The notes under the pieces were generated by a model, which saw only the letters and a list, made by a program, of their open reading frames with translations, was not told the origin of the DNA and did no database searches. From contig CAZAPD010000119.1 in the NCBI GenBank assembly GCA_964487115.1, positions 1 through 20,898 on the forward strand: DNA of 20,898 nt, written 5' to 3'. The stretch is from an uncultured Thermococci archaeon (lineage in GTDB: Archaea; Methanobacteriota_B; Thermococci; Thermococcales; Thermococcaceae). The first letter of the stretch is position 1, and every line of letters begins with the position of its first letter. Made by a program: the position numbers and the translations under genes. Shown here one piece after another: positions 1 to 10,493 of the stretch.

Positions 1-350
1 TCATGCACGTCATAAACCCACATGATTTTTCTGAGCTTTTTAAAAACAAATCCCAATATAGCGGTATCAAAATCATGGGTATGAATTGCATCTGGCTTTA
101 GCTTCAGGATGATTTTGAATGCATTAAGGTAAAATAAAGGAAGCTTCACAGCCATAGAAGGACCATAACCGGCTCTAGGTCCAACTCGTATTACATTAAA
201 TCCTTCAACCTTCTCCTCTTTAGGATACTTTCCCTCCCTATCCCATGCAATAACATAAACTTCATGTCCATATTTGGCTAAGCTTTTTGCTTCTTTATAT
301 ACCCTGGGATCAGGTTTGAATGGATTTGTCACAGTCATTACTATCTTCAT
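1..350 (-). CDS. Glycosyltransferase family 4 (GT-B), N-terminal part; continues past the left edge
   Basis: Not in the ORF track. Manual translation from ATG at 350 gives MKIVMTVTNPFKPDPRVYKEAKSLAKYGHEVYVIAWDREG...PDAIHTHDFDT...WVYDVH, open to the edge. DPRVxKEA, GHEV and HxHD are typical GT4 N-domain motifs. An AGGTGA RBS overlaps the GT2 stop codon. Confidence 0.88.
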   Translation of the reverse strand, partial: MKIVMTVTNPFKPDPRVYKEAKSLAKYGHEVYVIAWDREGKYPKEEKVEGFNVIRVGPRAGYGPSMAVKLPLFYLNAFKIILKLKPDAIHTHDFDTAILGFVFKKLRKIMWVYDVH

Positions 351-354
351 TTCA

Positions 355-1329
355 TCACCTAAAGGCCCTTTTTCCAAACAATACCCCAGCTATAAAACCT
401 AAGCTTATTAGATTATGGAACAAGAACATAACAGGAGACAACGCGAGTGCATCGATATTCTTTGTTTTTAATGCAAGCCTAATGCTCTCTCCGATCATGA
501 GTATCCAATATGCCGTAAATGGCCAGAGTAAGGCGTTCACGAAAGGAAGGAGGATCTCAAAGCTCAGGAAACCCAGGGGAAATAACCACATTAGAGAGAA
601 ATAACCCTTCCGTATTGCCATGCTCTTAACAGCGCCGTAGTTAAAGGTCTGTTTGAAAAACCCTTTCCATGCGGAACGGGCAAAGTAGTGGCTCTTAATT
701 TCGGGACTAAAAAACAATTTGTATCCTTTCCTGATTATTCTAAGGTTAAACTCAAAGTCATTTCCAGTTAGCATATCTTCATCAAAGCCGCCTATTTTTT
801 CAGCTATCTTCTTGTCGTAGAGGGCAAAGGCAACAGTTTTGGCAAAATGCTTCTTCTCCTTGTACCAGAAAGTACTTGCCCCACTTAAGGGAGAGGAATA
901 TATTAAGGCCACTAATTTTGCAAGGCGATTCTCATAAAGCTTCTCTATCTTTCCTCCCACACCTGCAAGTTTAGGTTCATGTTCCTTAACTTTCAGAAAA
1001 GTCTCAACGCTCTTTCTCAAAAAGTCCCTTTCAGGATAAGCATGAGCCCCAAATATTATGAAAAATTCTCCCCGGGCATCTCTAATCCCCATGTTGAATG
1101 CATAAACCTGCCTTCTTCTGGGATTCTCTCGGTACTTTATAAGATCAGGATACCTTTCTTCGAACTCCTTGATTATCTCAGCTGTTCGATCGGTGCTTAT
1201 ACCGTCGTAAACGAGAATCTCATATCTATCTTTTGGATAGTCTTGATTAACCCATTCTTCAAGGCATTTACCTATATATTTCTCTTCATTATACGCCGGA
1301 ATTATTATGGTAATAAATGGTGGCCCCAT
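355..1329 (-). CDS. Glycosyltransferase family 2 (GT-A) with C-terminal membrane helices
   Basis: IIIPAYNEEKYIGKCL, VYDGISTDRT, GGFDE and DFEFNLR motifs plus a hydrophobic C-terminus. The usual DxD position reads GAH. Confidence 0.92.
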   Translation of the reverse strand: MGPPFITIIIPAYNEEKYIGKCLEEWVNQDYPKDRYEILVYDGISTDRTAEIIKEFEERYPDLIKYRENPRRRQVYAFNMGIRDARGEFFIIFGAHAYPERDFLRKSVETFLKVKEHEPKLAGVGGKIEKLYENRLAKLVALIYSSPLSGASTFWYKEKKHFAKTVAFALYDKKIAEKIGGFDEDMLTGNDFEFNLRIIRKGYKLFFSPEIKSHYFARSAWKGFFKQTFNYGAVKSMAIRKGYFSLMWLFPLGFLSFEILLPFVNALLWPFTAYWILMIGESIRLALKTKNIDALALSPVMFLFHNLISLGFIAGVLFGKRAFR

Positions 1330-1394
1330 GATTTCACCCTAACGCTACCAGAAGAATTATAACCTAATGCTCAAAAAAGTTTCGGGTTCTTCCT

Positions 1395-1408
1395 AAACTT
1401 TTATAAAG
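1395..1408 (+). promoter_or_regulatory. Probable BRE/TATA promoter of the site-2 protease gene
   Basis: AAACTTTTATAAAG about 25 nt upstream of the GGGGTGA RBS. Confidence 0.55.
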
Positions 1409-1443
1409 TAATCCAGATACTCCCTACTCAAGGGGTGAACAGT

Positions 1444-2577
1444 GTGGTTAATCTCCTAATAGTAATAGCATTGATTGCACTATTCTGGGCTCTCATGTAT
1501 CTGCTATTTGGCAGAAATCCTGAGGAAAAAGAAGAAGGGTTAGAGGTTGATATATTTGTGGCAATGTGGAGAACAAAAAGACTCTTAGGCCTTATAGACA
1601 GCCTCGCCCAGAAATACAAACGCTTCTGGAAGGTTTATGGTGATATAGGTATAGCAATTGGATTTGGAGGGATGATATTCGTCTTCTATATGCTACTTAA
1701 AACTGCAATGAAAACTGTAACAAGCAAAGGAGCTGCAACCGGTGTTCAACTCGTTATCCCCGGTGTAACGATTCCTCTATGGTACGGGCTTATAGGGCTG
1801 GCTGTTGTTCTGGTTGTTCATGAGCTAAGCCATGGTGTTGTTGCCCGGGCTGACGGGATCCCCCTAAAATCTGTTGGCTTAGTTCTGTTCTTAGTACTGC
1901 CCGGAGCTTTTGTCGAACCCGATGAAGAGGAGATTAACAAAGCACCTTTGAGAAAGAAGCTACGTGTCTATGGAGCCGGATCAATGGCGAATATAATGAC
2001 AGCTCTCGTGGCACTTCTGATAATAAATCTCGCCATAGCCCCCCTCCTCCAGCCAAATGGAATTCAAGTTGCTGGTGTCGTTCCGGGAAGTCCAGCAGAT
2101 GGAGTATTGCAAAAGGGAGATGTGATAATAGGCATAAATGGACAGCAGATAACAACCGTGGAAAGCTTTATGAAGTTCATGAATACTACAAAGCCCGGGC
2201 AGATTATAACCCTTAAAATCCTGAGGAATGGCAGAGAAACCGAGGTCAGAATAAAACTGAAGGAGTATCCAGACAACCCAGAAAAAGGATACATTGGTAT
2301 TTATCCCGCACAAAACGTGAAATCCAAAATTGGCGGAGAAACTCTAATAATCCCTATCTTCTTCACATTTTACTGGATATATGTTCTCAACATAGGAATA
2401 GGCCTGATGAACCTCTTTCCACTGGTTCCTCTTGATGGGGGCAAGATGCTCGATGATGTCGTGAAGGAATATCTGCCTGAAAAGATCGCTAATCCCGTTA
2501 GGTATGCAACGATAGGCATTGCATTGTTTTTATTAGCTCTGAACCTGCTTCCCGCTTTTAGGAACCTTTTGGGATGA
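1444..2577 (+). CDS. Site-2 protease (peptidase M50) with PDZ domain
   Basis: HELSH zinc motif, GAFVEPDEE, PDZ segment (VVPGSPA...LQKGDVII) and NLFPLVPLDGG. GTG at 1444 fits the RBS at 1432-1438 better than 1435 does. Confidence 0.93.
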   Translation: MVNLLIVIALIALFWALMYLLFGRNPEEKEEGLEVDIFVAMWRTKRLLGLIDSLAQKYKRFWKVYGDIGIAIGFGGMIFVFYMLLKTAMKTVTSKGAATGVQLVIPGVTIPLWYGLIGLAVVLVVHELSHGVVARADGIPLKSVGLVLFLVLPGAFVEPDEEEINKAPLRKKLRVYGAGSMANIMTALVALLIINLAIAPLLQPNGIQVAGVVPGSPADGVLQKGDVIIGINGQQITTVESFMKFMNTTKPGQIITLKILRNGRETEVRIKLKEYPDNPEKGYIGIYPAQNVKSKIGGETLIIPIFFTFYWIYVLNIGIGLMNLFPLVPLDGGKMLDDVVKEYLPEKIANPVRYATIGIALFLLALNLLPAFRNLLG

Positions 2578-2578
2578 T

Positions 2579-3313
2579 CTATCGTATAATTATTTTACCT
2601 TTTCTAACACGATACTCATATCTTTGAGGTTTAAAATCAGATAAAGGAGATTTCCTTATAAACATGTTTTCAAACGCCGCTACTGTGGAATTAAATTCAA
2701 TGATGTACTGACTATATAGACTTACCCACGAAACAAATTCTTTTGAAACCCTGTCTTTGTTAAGGAGAAATATATTCAAGGGCCGCTTTCTATCTTCAAA
2801 CAGGCGCGCCTTTTCTTTTTCAACAAGGTTTCTCTGTAGAATTTTTATCACATTTTTCTCTCCAAGCAAGAAAGCTAATCCATCCAAAGTTATGTTTATT
2901 CCAACACTTCGGCGGTCACTGCTTATTCCACTTAGCATTTTCTTATATAGTTCCGTGAATTTTGGAAGATATGTGGCAATGTCAACTCCCTGAGTTGTAT
3001 AAACATAAGGCAATCCATAATCAATCCCATAAAAAGAAGCAAAAACTTCGATCACTCCCAGCTCTCCTTTTTCTCCATATTTATGCAAATCAAATCCAAC
3101 ACTCCCAAGTTCCATAGCTAATGGGGTAAGGGGCATTGAGTGATTTATTATAACCCCAAAGTCCCCCTTTTTGATTCGATTTTCAAAGATTTTCAAACCC
3201 AAAGCCCAACCATAAGAATATGTGTCATATATTATAAGGAAAATACTATCCTCCAAAAAGCCACCGCCTATAGCAACATCAAGCTTTTCAATTCCTGTAC
3301 TTAAAATATCCAT
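2579..3313 (-). CDS. KaiC/RAD55 (RecA-superfamily)-like protein with degenerate Walker A
   Basis: N-terminal LSTGIEKLDVAIGGG is typical of KaiC/RecA. The P-loop position reads IIYDTYSYGW, with no GxxGxGKT. A Walker B-like ITLDGL remains. Likely start is ATG 3313. Confidence 0.7.
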   Translation of the reverse strand: MDILSTGIEKLDVAIGGGFLEDSIFLIIYDTYSYGWALGLKIFENRIKKGDFGVIINHSMPLTPLAMELGSVGFDLHKYGEKGELGVIEVFASFYGIDYGLPYVYTTQGVDIATYLPKFTELYKKMLSGISSDRRSVGINITLDGLAFLLGEKNVIKILQRNLVEKEKARLFEDRKRPLNIFLLNKDRVSKEFVSWVSLYSQYIIEFNSTVAAFENMFIRKSPLSDFKPQRYEYRVRKGKIIIR

Positions 3314-3376
3314 TACCAGCACCCCCCAGCATATAAAAAGTAACAACAAACTTATAATTAAGCTTTTCTTAAAGTG

Positions 3377-3450
3377 ATACTGCTAGTATAGTGATGAAAT
3401 CGCTATGCTAAACGTTACAGCTGGCAGTATGAACGGAGAGTGAAATTTTT
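3377..3450 (+). ncRNA. Candidate structured small RNA or cis-element (unassigned)
   Basis: Nested stems ATACTGCTAG(3377-3386)/CTGGCAGTAT(3421-3430) and ATAGTGAT(3388-3395)/ATCGCTAT(3399-3406). The mismatches are G-U on the + strand. A TATA-like TTATAATT lies at 3352-3359 and a T-run at 3446-3450. Confidence 0.35.
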
Positions 3451-3484
3451 AAGGTTAACAAGAATCCCCAGAAAGGTGAAAGAT

Positions 3485-4456
3485 ATGAAGCATAAATGTT
3501 CAAAATGTTCAAGAGATGCAGTATATCATGCCCGCTATGAGGGCAAATACTACTGCAGAAAACACTTCAATGAAATGGTCGAAAAAAAGGTTAAAAACCA
3601 CATAAAAAAATACAGGCTGATTGAGAAGGGTGAGAAGATAGCCGTGGGTGTGAGTGGCGGCAAAGACAGCGTTGTCCTGCTCCACCTTCTTCATAAACTG
3701 AGCCTGAGATTTCCTTTTGAGCTTGTGGCAGTAACAATAGATGAGGGGATAGCCGGTTACAGACCACCGAGTGTTGAAATAGCAAAAAGGAATGCAGAAA
3801 AGCTTGGGGTAGAACACAGGATATACTCCTTCAAGGAATATATTGGATTTTCTCTCGATGAGACTGTTGAGATTATGGGAAGCTTTGAAAGAGGGGAAAG
3901 GGTGGGTGCATGCTCCTACTGCGGTGTCTGGAGAAGATGGCTTCTCAACTATGCGGCTCATGATGTCGGGGCTGATAAACTCGCTGTAGGTCATAATCTC
4001 GACGATGAGGTCCAGATGTTTATCATGAATATTCTGCGGGGAGACATAGCAAGGCTTGGAAGAACCGGCCCCTATTACGAAGTAATACACGAAGACTTAA
4101 TACCAAGGATAAAACCCCTGAGAGAAGTCCCTGAGAAGGAAATCGTGCTTTATGCTGTGTTGAACAATATCGAAGCTGACTTCAGTGAATGCCCCTACGC
4201 AGTCGAAGCCTTTAGGGCCGAGATAAGGGATTGGCTCAACGAAATGGAAGAGAAGCATCCGGGAACGAAATATCAGATTCTGAGAAGTTATGACAAACTT
4301 TTCCCCCTGATAGCAAAGGCCTATGTGAAACATGAACTGAATCGCTGTAAAATCTGCGGCCAGCCAACAACTGGGGAAATATGCAAGGCTTGTGCCTTTA
4401 AGCTTCAGGTAGATGAGAAAGCCAAAGAAAAAGAACTCACATTCCGAATGAAATAG
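3485..4456 (+). CDS. ncsA: TIGR00269-family PP-loop tRNA 2-thiolation enzyme (NcsA/Ncs6/TtuA family, NcsA-like)
   Basis: N-terminal CxxC..CxxH, SGGKDS PP-loop, TIDEGIAGYR (Ncs6/NcsA-like), CSYCGVWRR, GHNLDD, ECPY and C-terminal CKIC..CKAC. ATG 3485 follows an AGGTGA RBS. Confidence 0.85.
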   Translation: MKHKCSKCSRDAVYHARYEGKYYCRKHFNEMVEKKVKNHIKKYRLIEKGEKIAVGVSGGKDSVVLLHLLHKLSLRFPFELVAVTIDEGIAGYRPPSVEIAKRNAEKLGVEHRIYSFKEYIGFSLDETVEIMGSFERGERVGACSYCGVWRRWLLNYAAHDVGADKLAVGHNLDDEVQMFIMNILRGDIARLGRTGPYYEVIHEDLIPRIKPLREVPEKEIVLYAVLNNIEADFSECPYAVEAFRAEIRDWLNEMEEKHPGTKYQILRSYDKLFPLIAKAYVKHELNRCKICGQPTTGEICKACAFKLQVDEKAKEKELTFRMK

Positions 4457-4646
4457 ATATCCATGCTGTACTGTCCAGTACGATAAACAACTTTATAGAT
4501 GATTATCAGAAAACTATGGTGGAAAATCTCGGTGGAGGTTCCTCCTTGAAGGTCATCTCTCATAGGGCGGATGAGAAGAAACAGCATATTCCGATAGATG
4601 AAAATCCCGAGGAAATTAAATGTTTGGGATACAAATTTTCGCATGA

Positions 4647-4656
4647 ATATTTAAGC
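4647..4656 (+). promoter_or_regulatory. Possible TATA box for the membrane protein/wHTH/CPBP operon
   Basis: ATATTTAAG about 22 nt upstream of the GGTGG RBS. Confidence 0.4.
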
Positions 4657-4686
4657 CCCCACTCCTAATGTTTCTTGGTGGATGAA

Positions 4687-5271
4687 ATGGAGGAGCTCAG
4701 CGAAGCTTTAAAAGCCGTGGAGAGAGAGCTTAACCTATCAAAAAAAGCTTATAACGCGGTTCTATACCTCTACTGGGCGGCAGCCTTTCCAATGTTATAC
4801 CTCCTGTCATTGGTTATCTCCTCCATCGCAGGGATTTCGATAAACTTACTGAGGGTACTACTCTCCACAGTAGCCATCCTGCTCTTCATATTCGAAGAGG
4901 CGGGATCATACAGAAAGGTCAGACAGATAGAGAGAGCCCTCGGTAGAGAAGGGGGAGGGAAAACACACATACTGCTGATTCAGGTTCTGGTGTGGCCCGT
5001 GGTTATTGTAATCGCCACAATGGCGACTTCAGATGCATGGCTTTTCTCCCTCTGGACAATCGGTGCAGGAATGCTCTCCCTGGCGCTTGTGGATTGTATC
5101 TTTGAAGGGGGGAATGCCTTCCAAAAAGCTCTCATAGGCCTCATAATCCTCGCTTTCAGCATCCCGTACTGGCGTGGACAAGGAGCTGGAGGGGCTTACG
5201 CAACCCTTGTTCTCTCCTCAGGATTTGCTCTTGGTGCATACATAACCCTGAGAAAAGCGATGAGGGAATGA
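4687..5271 (+). CDS. Multi-pass membrane protein of unknown function (copy 1)
   Basis: About 6 hydrophobic segments after a charged N-terminal helix. Both ends resemble 6226..6819. ATG 4687 follows GGTGG. Confidence 0.75.
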   Translation: MEELSEALKAVERELNLSKKAYNAVLYLYWAAAFPMLYLLSLVISSIAGISINLLRVLLSTVAILLFIFEEAGSYRKVRQIERALGREGGGKTHILLIQVLVWPVVIVIATMATSDAWLFSLWTIGAGMLSLALVDCIFEGGNAFQKALIGLIILAFSIPYWRGQGAGGAYATLVLSSGFALGAYITLRKAMRE

Positions 5272-5272
5272 A

Positions 5273-5569
5273 ATGCTCGATGAAGTTGCAAAGCTCTCAA
5301 AATCACCGCTTGGGAATCCCACAAGATTGGCCATTGCTCTCTATCTCCTTCCAAAGGAGAGAACGACTTTCACCGATCTGAGAAAGGTGCTGAAGCTCAC
5401 CCCGGGAAACCTCGAATTCCATCTCAGGGCCCTCAAAGAGGCCGGAATTATTAGAACATACTACGGTTTCGGAAGAAGACCGAGAAAGTTCATTGAGATA
5501 ACGGAGGATGGTGTGCGAGAGCTGAGGGAAGCACTCAGAATCCTAAGGGAGGTCGTTGGAGATGATTGA
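5273..5569 (+). CDS. Winged-helix transcriptional regulator (ArsR/MarR-like, HTH_34 type), copy 1
   Basis: LGNPTRLAI...FTDLRKVLKLTPGNLEFHLRALKEAG...RPR..IEITEDG. Confidence 0.88.
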   Translation: MLDEVAKLSKSPLGNPTRLAIALYLLPKERTTFTDLRKVLKLTPGNLEFHLRALKEAGIIRTYYGFGRRPRKFIEITEDGVRELREALRILREVVGDD

Positions 5570-6194
5570 GTTTGTTATCTCCGTTTTGCTGTGGCTATTG
5601 ATTTTTATACCATCTTCCGTTATTGCATCCTTCACCATCAAAGATAATCCCAAAAAAGCCGCCCTTATGATGCAGTTGGTCATGCTTTTCCTGTCGTTGA
5701 CAGCTATGGAAATTCTCAGGAGCCCGAAAGACTTCGGCTTCACCTGGAGCACGGAATGCCTTTTTCAGGCCTTTGTTCTTGGATTTGGGTCATCCTTTGC
5801 CCTCAACTTATTTGGAGAAACATCCTCAAGGTCAATGCCAGGGTTCCTGCCCGAAGGTGCTGAAAGGTACTTTCTTCTCCTGTTCTTAGCCCCCCTAAGC
5901 GAAGAGGCCCTGAATAGAGGACTGGTTGAAGGTTATCTCCTAAATTACGGCCACTTCTGGAGTGCAGTCATATTCTCTGCGGTACTCTTTGCCTTTCCCC
6001 ACTGGAGAGCCCTTGGTAACGGAATTTTCAAAGAAAAGGCAGGCTTGGTGCTCTCGGCATTTATTATTGGTGCCCTTGCGGGTTATCTCTTTGCGTTAAG
6101 CCATTCAATAGTTCCAGCATTTGCACTCCACTCCTCGGCAAACCTTGCCGGCTTAGCCGTTCTGAACCTCAGAGAAACTTCACGTTATAAATAG
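5562..6194 (+). CDS. CPBP-family (CAAX protease/Abi) intramembrane glutamic endopeptidase
   Basis: All three motifs are present (EEALNRG, FAFPH, HSSAN) with many TM helices. Overlaps the upstream wHTH stop. Confidence 0.9.
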   Translation: MIEFVISVLLWLLIFIPSSVIASFTIKDNPKKAALMMQLVMLFLSLTAMEILRSPKDFGFTWSTECLFQAFVLGFGSSFALNLFGETSSRSMPGFLPEGAERYFLLLFLAPLSEEALNRGLVEGYLLNYGHFWSAVIFSAVLFAFPHWRALGNGIFKEKAGLVLSAFIIGALAGYLFALSHSIVPAFALHSSANLAGLAVLNLRETSRYK

Positions 6195-6219
6195 GTTGGG
6201 CATCAATAGTCTATTGGTG
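6185..6219 (+). promoter_or_regulatory. Internal TATA box followed by a 19-bp imperfect palindrome (candidate operator)
   Basis: TTATAAATA at 6185-6193, then CATCAATAG-T-CTATTGGTG at 6201-6219 (8 of 9 arm positions match), overlapping the RBS. Confidence 0.45.
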
Positions 6220-6225
6220 ATGTCG

Positions 6226-6819
6226 ATGGAGGAAGTAAAAGAGCTGAAGAGTATCTTGGAGAGAGTCGAGGGCAAGCTCATAGCGGCGGGCAGCATATAT
6301 GGAGCCACAAACTTTGCATACTGGCTCTTTATAATGTCACTCTTCTATGTCATAAGCGAGATTGTGAATCTCCCTGCTATGGCAATAGGTTTCTACTGGG
6401 GTGGAGCTGTTCTTGGCGGCTTTGTATTTACTGGAAGAGTTTTCAGGAGTCTCATAAACCTGTATATAACATCGGGAAGAAAAGTTGGCAGCTTTCCAAT
6501 GTGGAGGCTAATAATCCCATGGAGTACTGGAGCAATAGCTGGATGGTGGGTTATCCCAACGACTTTAAATGCCCCATCAAATGTCAGATTTGCAGTTGGT
6601 CTTCTCTCATTTATAGCTATATCTCTCTTCGGTCAGTGGGCATTGCTCACCAGGGACAGGGAGTCTATACCTGCCTTTTCCATTCCTGCTTTGGCCATAC
6701 TGGTAGCACTCACCCGGAATACAGGTGCTTCAAGCTGGGCAGGGTTTGCCATAGCGACGGGATTCTCTCTAACGATACTCCTCTACCTGCATTCAGCCTT
6801 TAGAGCCATAGAGCGGTGA
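6226..6819 (+). CDS. Multi-pass membrane protein of unknown function (copy 2)
   Basis: About 6 TM segments and paralog-like to 4687..5271. ATG 6226 is 5 nt after GGTGA. Confidence 0.78.
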   Translation: MEEVKELKSILERVEGKLIAAGSIYGATNFAYWLFIMSLFYVISEIVNLPAMAIGFYWGGAVLGGFVFTGRVFRSLINLYITSGRKVGSFPMWRLIIPWSTGAIAGWWVIPTTLNAPSNVRFAVGLLSFIAISLFGQWALLTRDRESIPAFSIPALAILVALTRNTGASSWAGFAIATGFSLTILLYLHSAFRAIER

Positions 6820-7093
6820 TACCATGGAATCACTCCGGGAGCTGAGCAAGAACCACATCCTCGGAAATCCAATAAGGTTAGGAATAATGCTTTATCTCCT
6901 CCCAAGAGAAAGGACTCTCTTTAAAGACCTACTTGAGGTACTTGAAGTCACTCCGGGCAACCTAGATTCCCATCTAAAAGCCTTAGAAAAGGCTGGTTAC
7001 ATTAAGATTTACAAAGTTTTTGCAGACAGACCTCGAACCGCTGTAAAAATAACCCAGGTAGGGGTGAAAGAAACGGGAGAGTATCTAAAAACG

Positions 7094-9500
<2,407 letters not shown>

Positions 9501-9504
9501 TATA

Positions 9505-10449
9505 TCACCTCAGCAGTTCTTTTACCGTTTTTCTTACCGCTTGGTAGCTGTCTAATTTCGGTTTCCAGCCCGTACTTTCGGCCTTATCTATGCTAAGTAG
9601 CATGAGTTTAACGTCGCCTTTCCAGCCCCTCCCTCCGTCGACGCCGCCTGTGAATCTAAAAGCAGGGTTAAGACCCATTTCTTCACTTACTATCTCTGCA
9701 ATCTCTTTAACAGTGATCCAATCGTCATTTCCAAGGTTATAAACATCCCAAATTTTTCCCTCTCCCCTAAAATGCTCAAAAATGTGAAGAATCCCCTCAA
9801 TTGTGTCGCTCACGTGGAGGTAGCTCTTTCTCTGAGTCCCATCTCCAAGTATCTCCAGTTCGTTTGGATTTTTTCTGAGCTTGTTTATAAAATCATAAAT
9901 AACACCATGATTCGAGCGCTCACCGATGATGTTTGCCAGCCGGAAGATTAAAGCCTTAAACCCGAATGTGTGAGCGTAACCGCTGATTAAAGCTTCTGCA
10001 GCGAGCTTCGCTCCTCCGTAAACACTAATCGGCTCAAGCCACGCATCTTCAGGCGTTGGAATTACCCTCGCATCACCATAAACCGTCGACGAGGAAGTGA
10101 AGGTGAGATACTCAACATCCGAATCCCTCACAGCTTCAAGAAGATTATAGGTGATCGTGACGTTACTCTCGTAAAGCAGTTCAGGGCTTTGAGCTCCAAT
10201 TCTCACCTCAGGATTAGCCGCAAGATGAAAGACAGCATCAACACCCTCAACAGCACCTTTAACAACACTCAAATTCCTCATATCCCCCCTAATGAATTCA
10301 AAATACTTATGATTAAGCCATTGTTTTATATTCTCCAGACTCCCGGCACTCAAATCATCAAGTACTCTAACCTCATGACCCCCAACCATAAGAGCATCGA
10401 CCAAATGAGAACCGATAAACCCAGCACCTCCTGTAACCAAAACCTTCAT
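9505..10449 (-). CDS. galE: NAD-dependent UDP-sugar 4-epimerase (GalE-like extended SDR)
   Basis: GGAGFIG, SSSTVYG, YGGAK (YxxxK) and position next to galT-galK. ATG 10449 follows GAGGTG. Confidence 0.85.
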   Translation of the reverse strand: MKVLVTGGAGFIGSHLVDALMVGGHEVRVLDDLSAGSLENIKQWLNHKYFEFIRGDMRNLSVVKGAVEGVDAVFHLAANPEVRIGAQSPELLYESNVTITYNLLEAVRDSDVEYLTFTSSSTVYGDARVIPTPEDAWLEPISVYGGAKLAAEALISGYAHTFGFKALIFRLANIIGERSNHGVIYDFINKLRKNPNELEILGDGTQRKSYLHVSDTIEGILHIFEHFRGEGKIWDVYNLGNDDWITVKEIAEIVSEEMGLNPAFRFTGGVDGGRGWKGDVKLMLLSIDKAESTGWKPKLDSYQAVRKTVKELLR

Positions 10450-10493
10450 ACACACACCTCCCGAGACAGATAAATAAAAAGTAGTAATTAAAG

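Noticed and set aside
3374..3432. C/D box guide sRNA suggested by GTGATGA at 3391-3397
   Set aside because: No CTGA D box or convincing C' box at proper spacing, and the C-like box is buried in a stem.
4565..4612. C/D-like pattern (GGATGA..CCGA..AGATGA..CCGA)
   Set aside because: The boxes are degenerate and the second guide would be only about 5 nt.
4405..4644. 79-aa minus-strand ORF as a gene
   Set aside because: No RBS or motif, and it overlaps the ncsA 3' end; kept only as a low-interest observation.
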